Source of the DNA: an uncultured delta proteobacterium
Lineage (GTDB): Bacteria > Desulfobacterota > BSN033 > UBA1163
DNA: 64,000 nucleotides
Direction: 5' to 3'
NCBI GenBank assembly: GCA_963827685.1
Contig: CAWHBU010000002.1
Coordinates: 992,001 to 1,056,000, forward strand
The notes beneath the pieces are model-generated. The model saw only the letters and a program-made list of their open reading frames with translations, ran no database searches and had not been told where the DNA came from. Made by a program: the position numbers and the translations under genes. Positions 28,160 to 38,542 of the stretch are shown in pieces. Each line of letters starts with the position of its first letter. Positions within the stretch are counted from its first letter, which is position 1.

Positions 28160-28263
28160 ACCTCCAAAATTCTAAATTTCGAATAGAATCGTTTTTGTCA
28201 TTGTAATTTGGGATTTGTTTGGGATTTGGGATTTGTAATTTGGAATTTGCTATTTGAAATTGA
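28160..28263. repeat. Heptamer-array element (TTTGGGA/TCCCAAA)
   Basis: tttgggatttgtttgggatttgggatttgtaatttggaatttg with opposing ctccaaaattctaaatttcgaa. Confidence 0.8.
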
Positions 28264-28266
28264 AGA

Positions 28267-29082
28267 TTATTTATTAAACTGGTAAAGGATGGCTTCCAGC
28301 ACTCCGCCTCCAATGGCCCTCGCCTTATCTGAAATGGTAAAGCATATTTCCTTTTTACCCCTCGGATCGATATCGCCTACCTTCATCCCTTTCCTTACTT
28401 CTACCCCTTCTCGGAGAAGTCCCCTCACAACGCCGCTGATTTTGGCGATGACCGGAAAATCGTCTACCACAGCCACCACTGCCCCTTTGTTCACTCTATC
28501 TCCAATTGATTTTTGTGGATGGAAGATTCCCTTCTTCATTGTCCGAAGAAGCCTCTCCATCGTATACCCACCGATCTCACCGGGAATACTTGTGTCAGGT
28601 TCTGCTGTACTGTTCAGAATCACCTTGCCCAGATGATGTCCTCGATTCGTTTCGATCACGATATGGACATCTTTCCCTGCCGTAAAGCCTGGACCAAGAC
28701 CGATCACCAAAGGGGCATCGTGAACCTGGGTTCCCAAATTCTGTTTCGCCATAATGGCATCCAACAGGACATCAGGTTTTAAAAAATGTCTCATCTTCTT
28801 CCCATCGGTATCCACAAGAATTGGGATATCCCCTTTCTTCCATACGGATTCAATTTCCTCCGGCTTGGAAATGAATTTCGCCCGAATTCCCTCCACTTCT
28901 TTCTCGCCTTCATAGATCGCTTCGCTGAAGGCCACGCCTCTTCTCACGGCAAGGGGATGGGCAATCTCCGTCATACAGATCTTAAAATGGGACTGGTGGA
29001 GTCGGTGAGCAACCCCGCTGGCTACATCGCCGGCCCCCCGGATTAAAACGACTAACTCATCCATATTTATTTTCGATGTCAT
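28267..29082 (-). CDS. yqeB: YqeB selenium-dependent molybdenum hydroxylase system protein
   Basis: IRGAGDVASGVAHRL, VRRGVAFSEA, ETNRGHHLG, KVGDIDPRG, ISDKARAIGGGVLEA. Confidence 0.93.
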   Translation of the reverse strand: MTSKINMDELVVLIRGAGDVASGVAHRLHQSHFKICMTEIAHPLAVRRGVAFSEAIYEGEKEVEGIRAKFISKPEEIESVWKKGDIPILVDTDGKKMRHFLKPDVLLDAIMAKQNLGTQVHDAPLVIGLGPGFTAGKDVHIVIETNRGHHLGKVILNSTAEPDTSIPGEIGGYTMERLLRTMKKGIFHPQKSIGDRVNKGAVVAVVDDFPVIAKISGVVRGLLREGVEVRKGMKVGDIDPRGKKEICFTISDKARAIGGGVLEAILYQFNK

Positions 29083-29151
29083 CGGAGTCCTCTATTGCCT
29101 TTCTCCCCCCATCCCATTCTCCCTATCTCTTCTCATTCTTGACTCTTTATT

Positions 29152-29733
29152 CTAAGCTCTTGACTGGTTTTTATAATCTTGCCATGTATCGACATCCTTT
29201 ACAACTCCTATTGACTTTACAGGAACCACTCGTACATCTTCAGGATACCTCTCAATAATGGATCGTCCCCCCACATCGCCCCTTAAATCTAACAGCTCCT
29301 TTTTGTATCTTCTATGGAAAATAACGGGGTGCCCTCTCCTGCCCTGAAAAGAAGGAACGATGATTCCAGCTTTTTCCTTTTCAAATGCATGGATCAAAAC
29401 ATTGATAGTTCTTGTTTTGAGAAGAGGCTGATCCCCCAGAGCGATGAGAATCCCATGACAACTGGGACGAATAATCTGAAGGCCTCTTCGGATAGAAGTG
29501 CTCATGCCCCTATTAGAATAGGGGTTTACGACAACTTTTATTTTTCGTCCCTGAAATAGATTTTTTATCCTCTCATTCCGAATGCCAAGGACAACGACTA
29601 ACTCCTGCACTTCAGATCGCAAAAGAGTTTCAAAACAACGGTCTAAAACAGTCTTTCTTCCCCAAGGGAGCGATAATTTGTCAACCCTCATGCGTCTTGA
29701 TTCACCCGCTCCAAGGAGAATGGCAGAAATCAT
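29152..29733 (-). CDS. Molybdenum cofactor cytidylyltransferase-like (MocA/YgfJ) nucleotidyltransferase
   Basis: ILLGAGESRRM..KL, GMSTSIRRG, LGDQP, GHPVIF, GDVGGR, DVDTWQDY. Confidence 0.88.
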   Translation of the reverse strand: MISAILLGAGESRRMRVDKLSLPWGRKTVLDRCFETLLRSEVQELVVVLGIRNERIKNLFQGRKIKVVVNPYSNRGMSTSIRRGLQIIRPSCHGILIALGDQPLLKTRTINVLIHAFEKEKAGIIVPSFQGRRGHPVIFHRRYKKELLDLRGDVGGRSIIERYPEDVRVVPVKSIGVVKDVDTWQDYKNQSRA

Positions 29734-29957
29734 TATCTTCCTCTATTTTTTGGAACTCTTACAAATTTAATCTGCATTCTCAATTTCTGTCAAGGTTTCG
29801 CGGTGGAATTCGCGGTGGAATATCGGCTTTTAACTCAGGTGGATACTTGCAAGAATAAATAATCCCCCGTAGTCCCCCTTTAGCAAAGGGGAATTCAGGG
29901 GGATTTATTGGGAAAGGGGACTATTGGATTCAACATCCATCAGGATAATAGGCCTTC

Positions 29958-30416
29958 TCAGCCTACAAGAGTGGCCAGGTAAGAAGCGCCGAGCTTATCA
30001 AGATGGTCTTTCACATTTTCAAAATAGTTGAAATGGTCTTCTTCGTCTTTGAGGAGGTCTTCAAACAGTTCTTTTGAAATCTGGTCCTTTTCAGCAGCAC
30101 AAACCATGGCTGCTTCGTTATACATTTTCATGGCTGCTGACTCAAGAGCCATATTCGTGGTTAACATCTCAGCGATTTTCTGCCCCTTTTTGGCTACCCC
30201 ATCCGGTTTTGAAGTGGGCTCTCCCTTCAAAAATAAGATCCTCTCTGCTAATTTTTCAGCATGTTTCATTTCAGCAATAGCAATTTCCTTAAACTTGGAA
30301 GCTAACTTGCTGAAATCGCTGTCCTCCAGTTCATAATGTTGGGCCATATACTGAGAAATGGCTGTCAATTCTCTGGATCGGGCCTTGTTTAATAGATCGA
30401 TGACCTTCTGACTCAT
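29958..30416 (-). CDS. bfr: Bacterioferritin
   Basis: ELTAISQY, EMKHAEKLAERILFL, EEDH ferroxidase ligands. Confidence 0.9.
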   Translation of the reverse strand: MSQKVIDLLNKARSRELTAISQYMAQHYELEDSDFSKLASKFKEIAIAEMKHAEKLAERILFLKGEPTSKPDGVAKKGQKIAEMLTTNMALESAAMKMYNEAAMVCAAEKDQISKELFEDLLKDEEDHFNYFENVKDHLDKLGASYLATLVG

Positions 30417-30672
30417 AATTTCTCCTTTCTATAGGTTTTCTAAAATCATATATACAAAAGACCCAATAGTCAAGAACAAAGAAAATGTGATAAGACTGAG
30501 TCCGCCCTCAATAAATGAGGGCGCTACGACTATTATAAGAATCTTTCCCATAAGGAATTACTTTGATAACTTGTCAAAAAACCACTGAAATGTTAGAAAA
30601 AATGATTAAAGAAGAACGGAAAGACCTCGAATTTCCAGCGCTTTGTTTGGCGTTTGACAGATTCGGTTCGAT

Positions 30673-31845
30673 ATGGTATCGATACTTCAAAAGATGGGAA
30701 CTGCGTTTCGAAAAACTTTTCTTATATTCCTCATCGGATTTTTAATAATCTTTTTTCAATCCATCACTGTTCTGGCTGCAATGATTACGGATGTCAGGGT
30801 CTGGTCTGCTCCGGATCACACCCGAATCGTCCTCGACCTCACCGAACCGATTCAGTATGAAAGTTCCTCACAAGAAAATCCTCCCGAATTTTATGTGGAG
30901 TTGAAGGGAATTTCCTTTCCTCGACTTAAGAGAATGATGGAGGTCAAAGACCCATTTCTCACCAAAATTAGTCTGACCGAACTGGGGGAGGGTAAAGTCA
31001 AATTGACCCTCTATCAGAAAAAGCCTTTAAGTGCCAATGTCTTCCTTTTAAAGCCTTACCAAGATAAACCCCATCGCCTTGTCGTTGACCTGATTGACGT
31101 ATCGCTGGAGAAAAAGGAAATAGAAGAAAGGCAGAAGCAAAAAGAGATCAGACCGAAGGGAACCAAGATCGTCGTCGTTGATCCTGGTCACGGTGGGGAA
31201 GATCCAGGCGCCATTGGTCCGAAAAAGACGATGGAAAAGGATATTGTATTAAAGGTAGGAGAGAAATTGGTTCGTCTCCTCAATCAGAACAGGGAGATTC
31301 AGGCTTTTCTCACCAGAAGGGGAGACTATTTTGTTCGCCTGCAAGACAGACCGAAGATAGCGAAGGATTACGGTGCAGATCTCTTTGTCAGCCTTCACAT
31401 GGATGGGAGTTTCAATCCTCAGGCCAGGGGTTCTTCTGTCTATTGCCTCTCCCTCTCCGGAGCGACGGATGAAGCAGCCAAGATCTTGGCTGACAAAGAA
31501 AATTTGTCAGACGTTTTGGGTGGTGTGATTTCAAAGCCTATTACCAACAGAAAAGATGAATTGGAGCCAATTTTATTAGACCTCACGCAGAACAATACGA
31601 TGAGGGAGAGCTTTCAATTTGCCGAAACCCTTCTCAAAGATATCAAAGCTGTCAATCCATTAAAATACTCTTCCTATCGGCAGGCTAATTTCATTGTATT
31701 AAAAGCCCCGACCATCCCCTCTGTGCTGGTGGAGATGGCTTATATCACCAATAAGGAAGATGAACGCTTGCTCAATCGTAACGAATTTCAAGAAAAAATA
31801 GCCAAAACCCTTAACACCTCCATTAAAAAATATTTCAGACCCTAA
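30673..31845 (+). CDS. N-acetylmuramoyl-L-alanine amidase with AMIN domain
   Basis: PDHTRIVLDL; VVDPGHGGEDPGAIG, FVSLH, SVLVEMAYITN. Confidence 0.92.
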   Translation: MVSILQKMGTAFRKTFLIFLIGFLIIFFQSITVLAAMITDVRVWSAPDHTRIVLDLTEPIQYESSSQENPPEFYVELKGISFPRLKRMMEVKDPFLTKISLTELGEGKVKLTLYQKKPLSANVFLLKPYQDKPHRLVVDLIDVSLEKKEIEERQKQKEIRPKGTKIVVVDPGHGGEDPGAIGPKKTMEKDIVLKVGEKLVRLLNQNREIQAFLTRRGDYFVRLQDRPKIAKDYGADLFVSLHMDGSFNPQARGSSVYCLSLSGATDEAAKILADKENLSDVLGGVISKPITNRKDELEPILLDLTQNNTMRESFQFAETLLKDIKAVNPLKYSSYRQANFIVLKAPTIPSVLVEMAYITNKEDERLLNRNEFQEKIAKTLNTSIKKYFRP

Positions 31846-31860
31846 TGGGTTAAATAACTG

Positions 31861-31946
31861 TTGACAAATTAGTCCATTGCTGTTTAAATAGTATTAGCCA
31901 CGAAGGTGAAGCTCCGACGAAAGGTGCGGCCAGAAGTGGCTTTTTT
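31861..31946 (+). promoter_or_regulatory. Sigma-70 promoter followed by leader hairpin/terminator (motif copy 1)
   Basis: TTGACA-17-TTAAAT, then agccacgaaggt...gtggctttttt. Confidence 0.6.
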
Positions 31947-31961
31947 ATTGATGGAATAAGG

Positions 31962-32390
31962 ATGGAAAAGAGAAAAAAGTCTATCGCAGTGATCGATGGT
32001 CAGGGCGGGGGAATTGGAAGCGCCATGATTAAGCGCTTACGCGAAAACCTTGCTGAAGAGGTGGAAATCATTGGTTTGGGAACAAATGCGATGGCAACCG
32101 GAGCGATGCTAAAAGCAGGAGCCAACAAAGGCGCATCCGGAGAGAATGCCATCGTTCAAACCGTAAAAACCGTCGATATCATCATTGGAACAACAGGCAT
32201 TGTGCTGGCCAATTCGATGATGGGGGAACTGACTCCTAAAATGGCGGAAGCCATTGGTTCGTCGCCTGCATTGAAATGCCTCCTCCCTTTAAAAACGCCG
32301 GAGGTGGAAATCGTTGGAGCCCCAAAAGAACCCCTCCCCCATTTGATTGACCAGCTTGTTAAACGGATTAAAGAAATCATAGGAACATGA
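31962..32390 (+). CDS. DUF3842 family protein
   Basis: IAVIDGQGGGIG, GTNAMAT..MLKAGANKGASGENA, NSMMGELTP. Confidence 0.85.
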   Translation: MEKRKKSIAVIDGQGGGIGSAMIKRLRENLAEEVEIIGLGTNAMATGAMLKAGANKGASGENAIVQTVKTVDIIIGTTGIVLANSMMGELTPKMAEAIGSSPALKCLLPLKTPEVEIVGAPKEPLPHLIDQLVKRIKEIIGT

Positions 32391-32453
32391 CACCCCACTT
32401 CCCATCCCTCTCCCGAGGGGAAGAGGGACAGGGTGAGGGAACAGGAGGAAAAA

Positions 32454-32642
32454 ATGTGTGAGGCCAATGCCTACTTAATAAAAGAAGGAAAGGAAGAACT
32501 CATTTTGGAGGATATCTCCATCCTTCGACCGGAAAAGGACGAACTCTATCTTCAAAATATCTTTGGAGAACAAAAACGGATCAAGGCTCGGATTAAAGAG
32601 ATGAACCTCATCGACCATCGTATCCTTCTTGAAGAAGGTTAA
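32454..32642 (+). CDS. cooT: CooT-family nickel-binding protein
   Basis: MCEANAY start (Cys2), NIFGEQK, MNLIDHRILL; AGGAGG RBS. Confidence 0.88.
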   Translation: MCEANAYLIKEGKEELILEDISILRPEKDELYLQNIFGEQKRIKARIKEMNLIDHRILLEEG

Positions 32643-32744
32643 TTTTAACGAAAGGCGCAACGCGTTAGGGGTTAGAGTTGAAGTATTATCTCTACCCTTT
32701 GCGCCTCGCCCCTAACGACTTACGTTTCTCAACTTTTTGAAATT

Positions 32745-32799
32745 GGCCACGAAGGTCTTTCGTTCCCGCAGAAGCGGGAAAAGTCTTCGTGGCTTTTTT
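32745..32799 (+). terminator. Long hairpin + U-tract immediately upstream of cbiM (motif copy 2, attenuator-like)
   Basis: gccacgaag/cttcgtggc stem, inner ttcccgc-agaa-gcgggaa, T6. Confidence 0.75.
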
Positions 32800-32838
32800 A
32801 TTCCCTAATACTCCGCCACGGGACAGAAAGGAGAATAG

Positions 32839-33504
32839 ATGCATATACCGGATGGATTTTTAAGCCACGGCATCAACGCAGCCACCTTTGTTGTTTCTGC
32901 AGGAACCTGTGCCTATGGAGTGAAACGGGTAAACCGCACCTTTGGAGAGCGAGAAGTTCCTCTGATGGGCGTGACGGCTTCCTTTATCTTTGCGGCCCAG
33001 ATGATCAACTTTCCGGTGGCCGGAGGAACGAGCGGTCACTTTCTGGGGGCCGTCTTTTCCTCGGTCCTCTTGGGCCCCTGGGCAAGCCTCCTCATTATGA
33101 CCATTGTCCTGGTTGTTCAATGCCTTGGGTTTGCCGATGGAGGATTGACTGCTATCGGATCCAATATCTTCAATATGGGTGTCATTGGAGCATTGGGAGG
33201 CTATGGTATTTTTATCTTTCTCTATACCTTGTTCCAAAAAAGTCGAAAAGGCTTTTTCACGGCCCTGGCCATTTCATCATGGTTCTCCATTGTGATGGGA
33301 GCTTCTGCAGCGGCCATCGAATTAGCGATCTCAGGGACCTCTCCCCTAAAGGTAGCTTTGCCCGCCATGGCAGGTGTCCACGCCATCATCGGCATCGGCG
33401 AGGCGATCATTACCACAACTGCTGTTTCTCTCATTTTAAAAACGAGGCCAGACCTGGTAACCGCTTATGTCAAGAAAGGAGCTCCATATGAAAAGGCGAC
33501 TTGA
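32839..33504 (+). CDS. cbiM: ECF Co/Ni transporter S component CbiM/NikM
   Basis: MHIPDGFL N-terminus, FIFAAQMINFP..GTSGH, ADGGLTA. Confidence 0.93.
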   Translation: MHIPDGFLSHGINAATFVVSAGTCAYGVKRVNRTFGEREVPLMGVTASFIFAAQMINFPVAGGTSGHFLGAVFSSVLLGPWASLLIMTIVLVVQCLGFADGGLTAIGSNIFNMGVIGALGGYGIFIFLYTLFQKSRKGFFTALAISSWFSIVMGASAAAIELAISGTSPLKVALPAMAGVHAIIGIGEAIITTTAVSLILKTRPDLVTAYVKKGAPYEKAT

Positions 33505-33784
33505 CGGATTTGTCTGGGTCGGATTGGGAATTGCCCTCCTCCTGGCCCTCTTCCTTTCGCCCTTTGCCTCCACTTCTCCTGATGGTCTTGAGAAGGTGGC
33601 AGCGACGGAGGGATTTTCAGAAAAGGGAGAGGGTTGGAAATTCTGGAAACATGCACCTCTCTCTGATTACACTCTTCCATGGATTAAGAGTGAAAAACTC
33701 TCAACCGCACTTTCAGGTCTGATCGGAACCCTAGCCATTTTCTTCATCACGATAGGTATTGGAAAAATGATTAAAAAACGGTAG
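33488..33784 (+). CDS. PDGLE-domain (NikN-like) protein
   Basis: PFASTSPDGLEKVA, APLSDY, two TMs. Confidence 0.88.
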   Translation: MKRRLDGFVWVGLGIALLLALFLSPFASTSPDGLEKVAATEGFSEKGEGWKFWKHAPLSDYTLPWIKSEKLSTALSGLIGTLAIFFITIGIGKMIKKR

Positions 33785-33804
33785 AAGATTTTCTCTGGAG
33801 GGGA

Positions 33805-34440
33805 TTATTTAAAATTTTTCTCACCGGCTTGAATTTCAATGTCCAACATATTTTCTCGCGGGGGCAGAACGCAGACGAACTTTTCGTTATACGCGCAAGA
33901 GGGATTATAGGCCATATTGAAGTTCAAGACCATCTTATAATCTGGCAGGACCTCGGCATCGATATACCTTCCACCTTCATAAGTCTCCTTCTCGTTCGTC
34001 TTATCTTTAAAAGGGACAAAAAGAGTATCGCTCAAAATGGATTTGTAAATTTCAATGGTATATTGCTTCTCATCCCAAGTGAAACGGAATTTCCCGTAAC
34101 TCAGATATCGCTTGTTTGTACCCTTGTTTGTTAAGAAGGTGGCATAATATTTCGGGTTATTGATATTGAAAATGAAGCGCTCAATCTTACCAGAAAAGAC
34201 ATATTGGGGATTAAAAGGGTAGTATTTTAGCCCCTTAAAGTTTTTCTTGTCTTGAGGAAGAAGCGGAGAACGCTGATGGTTTTTGAAAAAGGCACCCCGT
34301 TCTTTCCTCCATTTCAGAACGCGTTGCTCTTGGAAAGCCGTTTCTTTCCGATCCTCTCCCCTCGTCGTAACAGGAATTCCTTGGAGCAGCAAAAAAAAAC
34401 CCGCGATCAATAGGATAGAAATAATCTTCTCTTTCTTCAT
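33805..34440 (-). CDS. DUF1684 family protein
   Basis: LFVPFKDKTN..ETYEGGRY, LNFNMAYNPSCAYN..CVLPP.EN. Confidence 0.88.
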   Translation of the reverse strand: MKKEKIISILLIAGFFLLLQGIPVTTRGEDRKETAFQEQRVLKWRKERGAFFKNHQRSPLLPQDKKNFKGLKYYPFNPQYVFSGKIERFIFNINNPKYYATFLTNKGTNKRYLSYGKFRFTWDEKQYTIEIYKSILSDTLFVPFKDKTNEKETYEGGRYIDAEVLPDYKMVLNFNMAYNPSCAYNEKFVCVLPPRENMLDIEIQAGEKNFK

Positions 34441-34639
34441 CCTGTGCCATCAACCCTGTTTATCTTAACAAACAGGATGCCCAGACGCAAATCATTAGGG
34501 AGCTCTAAAAAACTATGACGCGTTCTCCTGATTACACAGATTTTCCTTGTTTTCCAATACCTCCCCCATCTGTGTAATCGGTTTTTAATCGGCGCAATCA
34601 GAGATTTCTGGCCTTTTTCAGAAATCTCCATCTATGGTC

Positions 34640-34694
34640 TTGACAGATTTAACGGCATCCAGTATATTAGCGTTATTCTTATTAAAGAATAACG
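34640..34694 (+). promoter_or_regulatory. Sigma-70 promoter plus ModE box
   Basis: TTGACA-17-TATATT; inverted repeat CGTTATTCT-TATTAA-AGAATAACG (34671-34694) matching the ModE CGTTAT..ATAACG pattern. Confidence 0.85.
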
Positions 34695-34708
34695 ATGGAA
34701 GTGAAACC

Positions 34709-35059
34709 ATGAAGATCGGTTACAAGATCTGGCTGGATAACCATGGGAAAGCCTTTGGAGATGGTCCTTGTGAGCTTTTAAGGCGGGTTGAAAAAATGAT
34801 GTCCCTCCACCAAGCGGCCAATCAGATGGGTATGTCCTACAGCAAGGCATGGCGCTTGATCCAGACCTTGGAGGAAAGGCTTGGCTTTGCTCTTCTGGAA
34901 CGGAAAGTCGGAGGCCCATCCGGAGGAGGTTCCCGGGTCACCTCCCGGGGAAAAGCTCTCATGAGTCAATATGAGCGATTTCGGAAAGACGTAGAGAAGA
35001 GCATCGAGAAAGTCTACCATAAGCATTTTGGGTCTGCGGAGAAAAAAGGACGGAAATGA
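34709..35059 (+). CDS. modE: ModE-type regulator (HTH only, no TOBE)
   Basis: KIWL..FGDGP.ELL..SLHQAANQMGMSYSKAW..VGGPSGGGSRVT. Confidence 0.9.
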   Translation: MKIGYKIWLDNHGKAFGDGPCELLRRVEKMMSLHQAANQMGMSYSKAWRLIQTLEERLGFALLERKVGGPSGGGSRVTSRGKALMSQYERFRKDVEKSIEKVYHKHFGSAEKKGRK

Positions 35060-35913
35060 AGAAGGTTCCTTTTCTGATACCGATACTTTTGGCATTCGTC
35101 GTTACTGGAAATGCCCAATCCGCATCGGGGAGAATTTTGGTTTTCGCCGGGGCTGCGAGCAAACCGGCAACAGAAGAGGGAGTGCGAATTTTTCAGGAGA
35201 GATTTGGCATACCGGTCGATGTGGTCTTCGGCGGTTCCGGATTCGTCCTCTCCCAGATGAAATTGGCAAAAAAGGGAGACCTCTACTTTCCGGGATCTTC
35301 CGACTTTATGGAGATGGCCAAAAAGGAGAGCTTAGTATTTCCTGAATCAGAAAGAATTCTTGTTTATCTCATCCCTGCGATCAATGTACAAAAAGGGAAT
35401 CCTAAAAGGATCTATTCTCTCAAAGATCTTACAAGGGGCGGCATAAGGGTTGCCATCGCCAATCCAGAAACAGTCTGCGTTGGGACTTATGCGGTGGAAA
35501 TTATCGAGAAAAATTACAACTCCGTTGAAAAAGAAAGGTTTAAGAAAAATTTAGTCAATTATACAGAAAGCTGTGAGAAAACAGCCAATGTCATCTCCCT
35601 CAAGGCAGTGGATGCTGTTTTGGGTTGGGGGGTTTTTCAATATTGGGACCCTGGCCGGATCGAGACAATCTATTTAAGGCCGGAAGAGATTCCAAGAATC
35701 GGTTACATCCCGATCGCCCTTTCAAAATTCACCCGCGACCAAGTGCTCGCTCAGAAGTTTATTGATTTCCTCTTCTCTCCTCAGGGGAAGGTGGCCTTCC
35801 GAAAATATCATTACTTGATGGATCTTAAAGAGGCACGACATTTTACCAGACCCGATACACCCGTGGGAGGGGAGTACGTTCTTCCTAATGAATGGAGGAC
35901 CATGAAGAAATGA
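35056..35913 (+). CDS. modA: Molybdate/tungstate ABC substrate-binding protein
   Basis: VFAGAAS, FGGSG, GDLYFPGS, GNPK.I. Confidence 0.9.
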   Translation: MKKVPFLIPILLAFVVTGNAQSASGRILVFAGAASKPATEEGVRIFQERFGIPVDVVFGGSGFVLSQMKLAKKGDLYFPGSSDFMEMAKKESLVFPESERILVYLIPAINVQKGNPKRIYSLKDLTRGGIRVAIANPETVCVGTYAVEIIEKNYNSVEKERFKKNLVNYTESCEKTANVISLKAVDAVLGWGVFQYWDPGRIETIYLRPEEIPRIGYIPIALSKFTRDQVLAQKFIDFLFSPQGKVAFRKYHYLMDLKEARHFTRPDTPVGGEYVLPNEWRTMKK

Positions 35914-36686
35914 GTTTTCGGTATACGATGATCGGGGCGGCAGTAGGTATCTTCATCTTCTATTTGGGACTCATCCTCTCGCTTTTCTATTTTGTGGGTG
36001 GCAAAGGATTTTGGGAAGCCTTGTCACACCCCAACACCCTATTTTCTATCCGTCTGAGCCTGATCGGTGCAACCCTGGCAACATTTTTTGCTGTGCTCAT
36101 TGGACTTCCATCAGCGTATGCTTTATCTCGCTTCAAATTTGTGGGTAAGGGAATTTTGGATACATTTTTGGAAATCCCGATGATCATTTCACCCATCGCC
36201 CTCGGCGCTGCTTTTCTCGTCTTCTTCAATACTCCCTTAGGAGAATTGATCCAAACAAAAGGCATCTTTTTTGTTTTCGAAGTCCCAGGCATTATCTTAG
36301 CCCAATTTGCCACGATTGCAGGTCTGACAACGCGATTGATGAAGGCCTCTCTGGATGAAATCTCTCCGAGGTACGAAGCAGTAGCTCGATCCCTCGGATC
36401 ATCCCCATGGCAGACCTTCTACCGCGTTACCCTTCCCCTTTCATTCAGGGGACTCCTCGCTTCCGTCATCCTTTCTTGGGCAAAAGCCTTTGGAGAATTT
36501 GGAGCCACGGTCACCCTTGCAGGGGCAATGCCAGGAAAGACGGAAACGATGCCCATTGCCATTTTTACTTCTTTAGCTTCTGCCAATATTGACAAGGCTA
36601 TCGTCTTGATACTCATCTTAGTAGCCTTTGGCCTCTTAATTCTTTACAGTGTCCGATTGACCGGCAAAAGGTACCGCTATGATTAA
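35910..36686 (+). CDS. modB: Molybdate ABC permease
   Basis: YEAVARSLG, WAKAFGEFGAT, TETMPIAIF. Confidence 0.9.
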   Translation: MSFRYTMIGAAVGIFIFYLGLILSLFYFVGGKGFWEALSHPNTLFSIRLSLIGATLATFFAVLIGLPSAYALSRFKFVGKGILDTFLEIPMIISPIALGAAFLVFFNTPLGELIQTKGIFFVFEVPGIILAQFATIAGLTTRLMKASLDEISPRYEAVARSLGSSPWQTFYRVTLPLSFRGLLASVILSWAKAFGEFGATVTLAGAMPGKTETMPIAIFTSLASANIDKAIVLILILVAFGLLILYSVRLTGKRYRYD

Positions 36687-37774
36687 GATTGAAGGCCTCA
36701 CCCTTCTTTTCGAAATCGTTCAAGATAATGAATCTCAATATCCAAATTGAAGAAGGGGGATTCCATTTCCTCCTTGGCCCAACAGGGAGTGGAAAAACCC
36801 TACTCCTCGAATCCATCATGGGACTGCGCAGACCCAAGACGGGCAGGATCTGGATTGGAGATAAGGAAGTTCAGGGCCTACCGCCAGAGCGCAGAGGAAT
36901 CTCTTATGTTCCGCAAGATCTGGCCCTCTTTCCCCATCTCAAGGTAAGAGAGAACATCCTTTTTGGAATCAGGGCAAGAAATCTGGACACAAAGATCTAT
37001 GAAGAATATGTCCATGCCCTCGTAGGAGTGATGAAGATCGATCACCTTCTCGAACGATACCCTGCCCATCTCAGTGGAGGGGAAAAGAAACGCGTGGCCC
37101 TTCTTAGGGCATTGGCACCCAAACCGAATCTCCTTCTTCTTGATGAACCTCTCTCTGGCCTCGATCCATCCATCAAAATCGATATTCAGCATCTTCTAAA
37201 AAATCTCCATTCCTCCTTTCACACGACAACTCTCTGTGTCACCCATGATTTTGAAGAGGCATACTTTTTAGGTGACGAAATGACCATCTTTATTGATGGG
37301 AAGGTGGAGCAGGTTGGAAAACGAGACGATGTTTTTTTAAGACCTAAATCTATTAAGGTGGCTCAATTTTTGGGTGCAAAAAACCTTTACAGGGCAAAGG
37401 TTTTGAAGAGTGAGACATCATCACAGCGATTGATCCTTGGAGTCAACGGCCTTCAATTTTCTGTTCCAATGAGTTTGTATCAAGATAAGATGGAGGTGGG
37501 AAAAGAAGTCGATTTGTTCATCCGACCCGAAGAGGTGATGTTACTCCGCGAGGAGAAACTTGTGAAGGACTCCTTAAAACAAAATATTCTCGAAGGGAAG
37601 ATACAAGATATCAGCGTAAGAGAGAGATATCACACGATTTACTTTCAAACGACGGAAGGAAAGATCCTTTTTGAGATTTCAATCCCCAACTATGCTTTTC
37701 GAAACTTAAATCTCTCGATCGGGAAAATGGCTAGAATCGCCCTCCGAGAAGAATCCCTCTGGGTAATGGTCTAA
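36679..37774 (+). CDS. modC: Molybdate ABC ATPase; extra T near 36707-36710 relative to ATG 36679
   Basis: GPTGSGKT, LSGGE, LLLDEP; MIKIEGLTLL from 36679 is out of frame with SKSFKIMNL. Confidence 0.85.
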
Positions 37775-38020
37775 ATTCACCTCATGGCCTCATTCTCTTC
37801 CTGAGAGGAGGGTAAGGTCCTTATAAAACTTCATCCCCCGTTTTTCGGCGTAGGGTGTGCACAGGTTTGTTACATATTGTGCACAAATGCCCTTTCTCGC
37901 AGATCCATCGGTTGCTATCCAGAATTAAAATGAAGACAAATGCGGCCACGGCTAAACAAATTGGAACAACATGTGTTTTCTCCGGCACCAGTATTGCCTG
38001 CCATAGGAATTTAAAGGTTA

Positions 38021-38428
38021 ATGCGTAGGGGGAAAGCCATGGACATCCCGATGGAGCCAAAAACATTCGGCCTTCTGGCCGCCATCCTGTTTTTCCTTAT
38101 CTCTCTTCTTATCAATCTGCTTCAACGCCGTTATGCAAAAACCCGCTTGGGTCGTATGCTCAGAAAGGAAGAGTCTATCATCAATTTCCTTGAGGGAATA
38201 CATAGAAATCTTGGTAAACTGGAAGTCACTTGTACCCTTGAGGTGCAAGGGGCAAGCTCCCCCCAGGAAGTGGGAAAAACAATCCACCTGGTAAGGAATG
38301 AGATTCAATCGACCATTGCTAACATGGAGGAACATCTTCGTTCTTTTCGTCAGTACAGACGAAAAGAAAAAGCACGTGAAAAACGGAAAAAAGTGTTGGA
38401 GAAATCATATCAAAGATCGTCCGGATGA
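38021..38428 (+). CDS. Hypothetical single-TM protein
   Basis: 135-aa ORF, N-terminal TM, helical body. Confidence 0.55.
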   Translation: MRRGKAMDIPMEPKTFGLLAAILFFLISLLINLLQRRYAKTRLGRMLRKEESIINFLEGIHRNLGKLEVTCTLEVQGASSPQEVGKTIHLVRNEIQSTIANMEEHLRSFRQYRRKEKAREKRKKVLEKSYQRSSG

Positions 38429-38542
38429 TGAGCCACGCGAGAAATGTGATGGTGCTCTATCGCAACGCAACCCTGGGAGCCGTTGCCGGTCGTTCCCGCA
38501 CCGTTTCCATCAGGGAAGTAGGCTTTCTAAGAAAGACTATCC

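Noticed and set aside
29808-29821. Tandem duplication of ttcgcggtggaa
   Set aside because: Only two copies; likely local slippage with no evident function
37821-38066. Small minus-strand ORF with CEKGHLCTIC
   Set aside because: No clear start or RBS, overlaps the plus-strand ORF, no recognisable family
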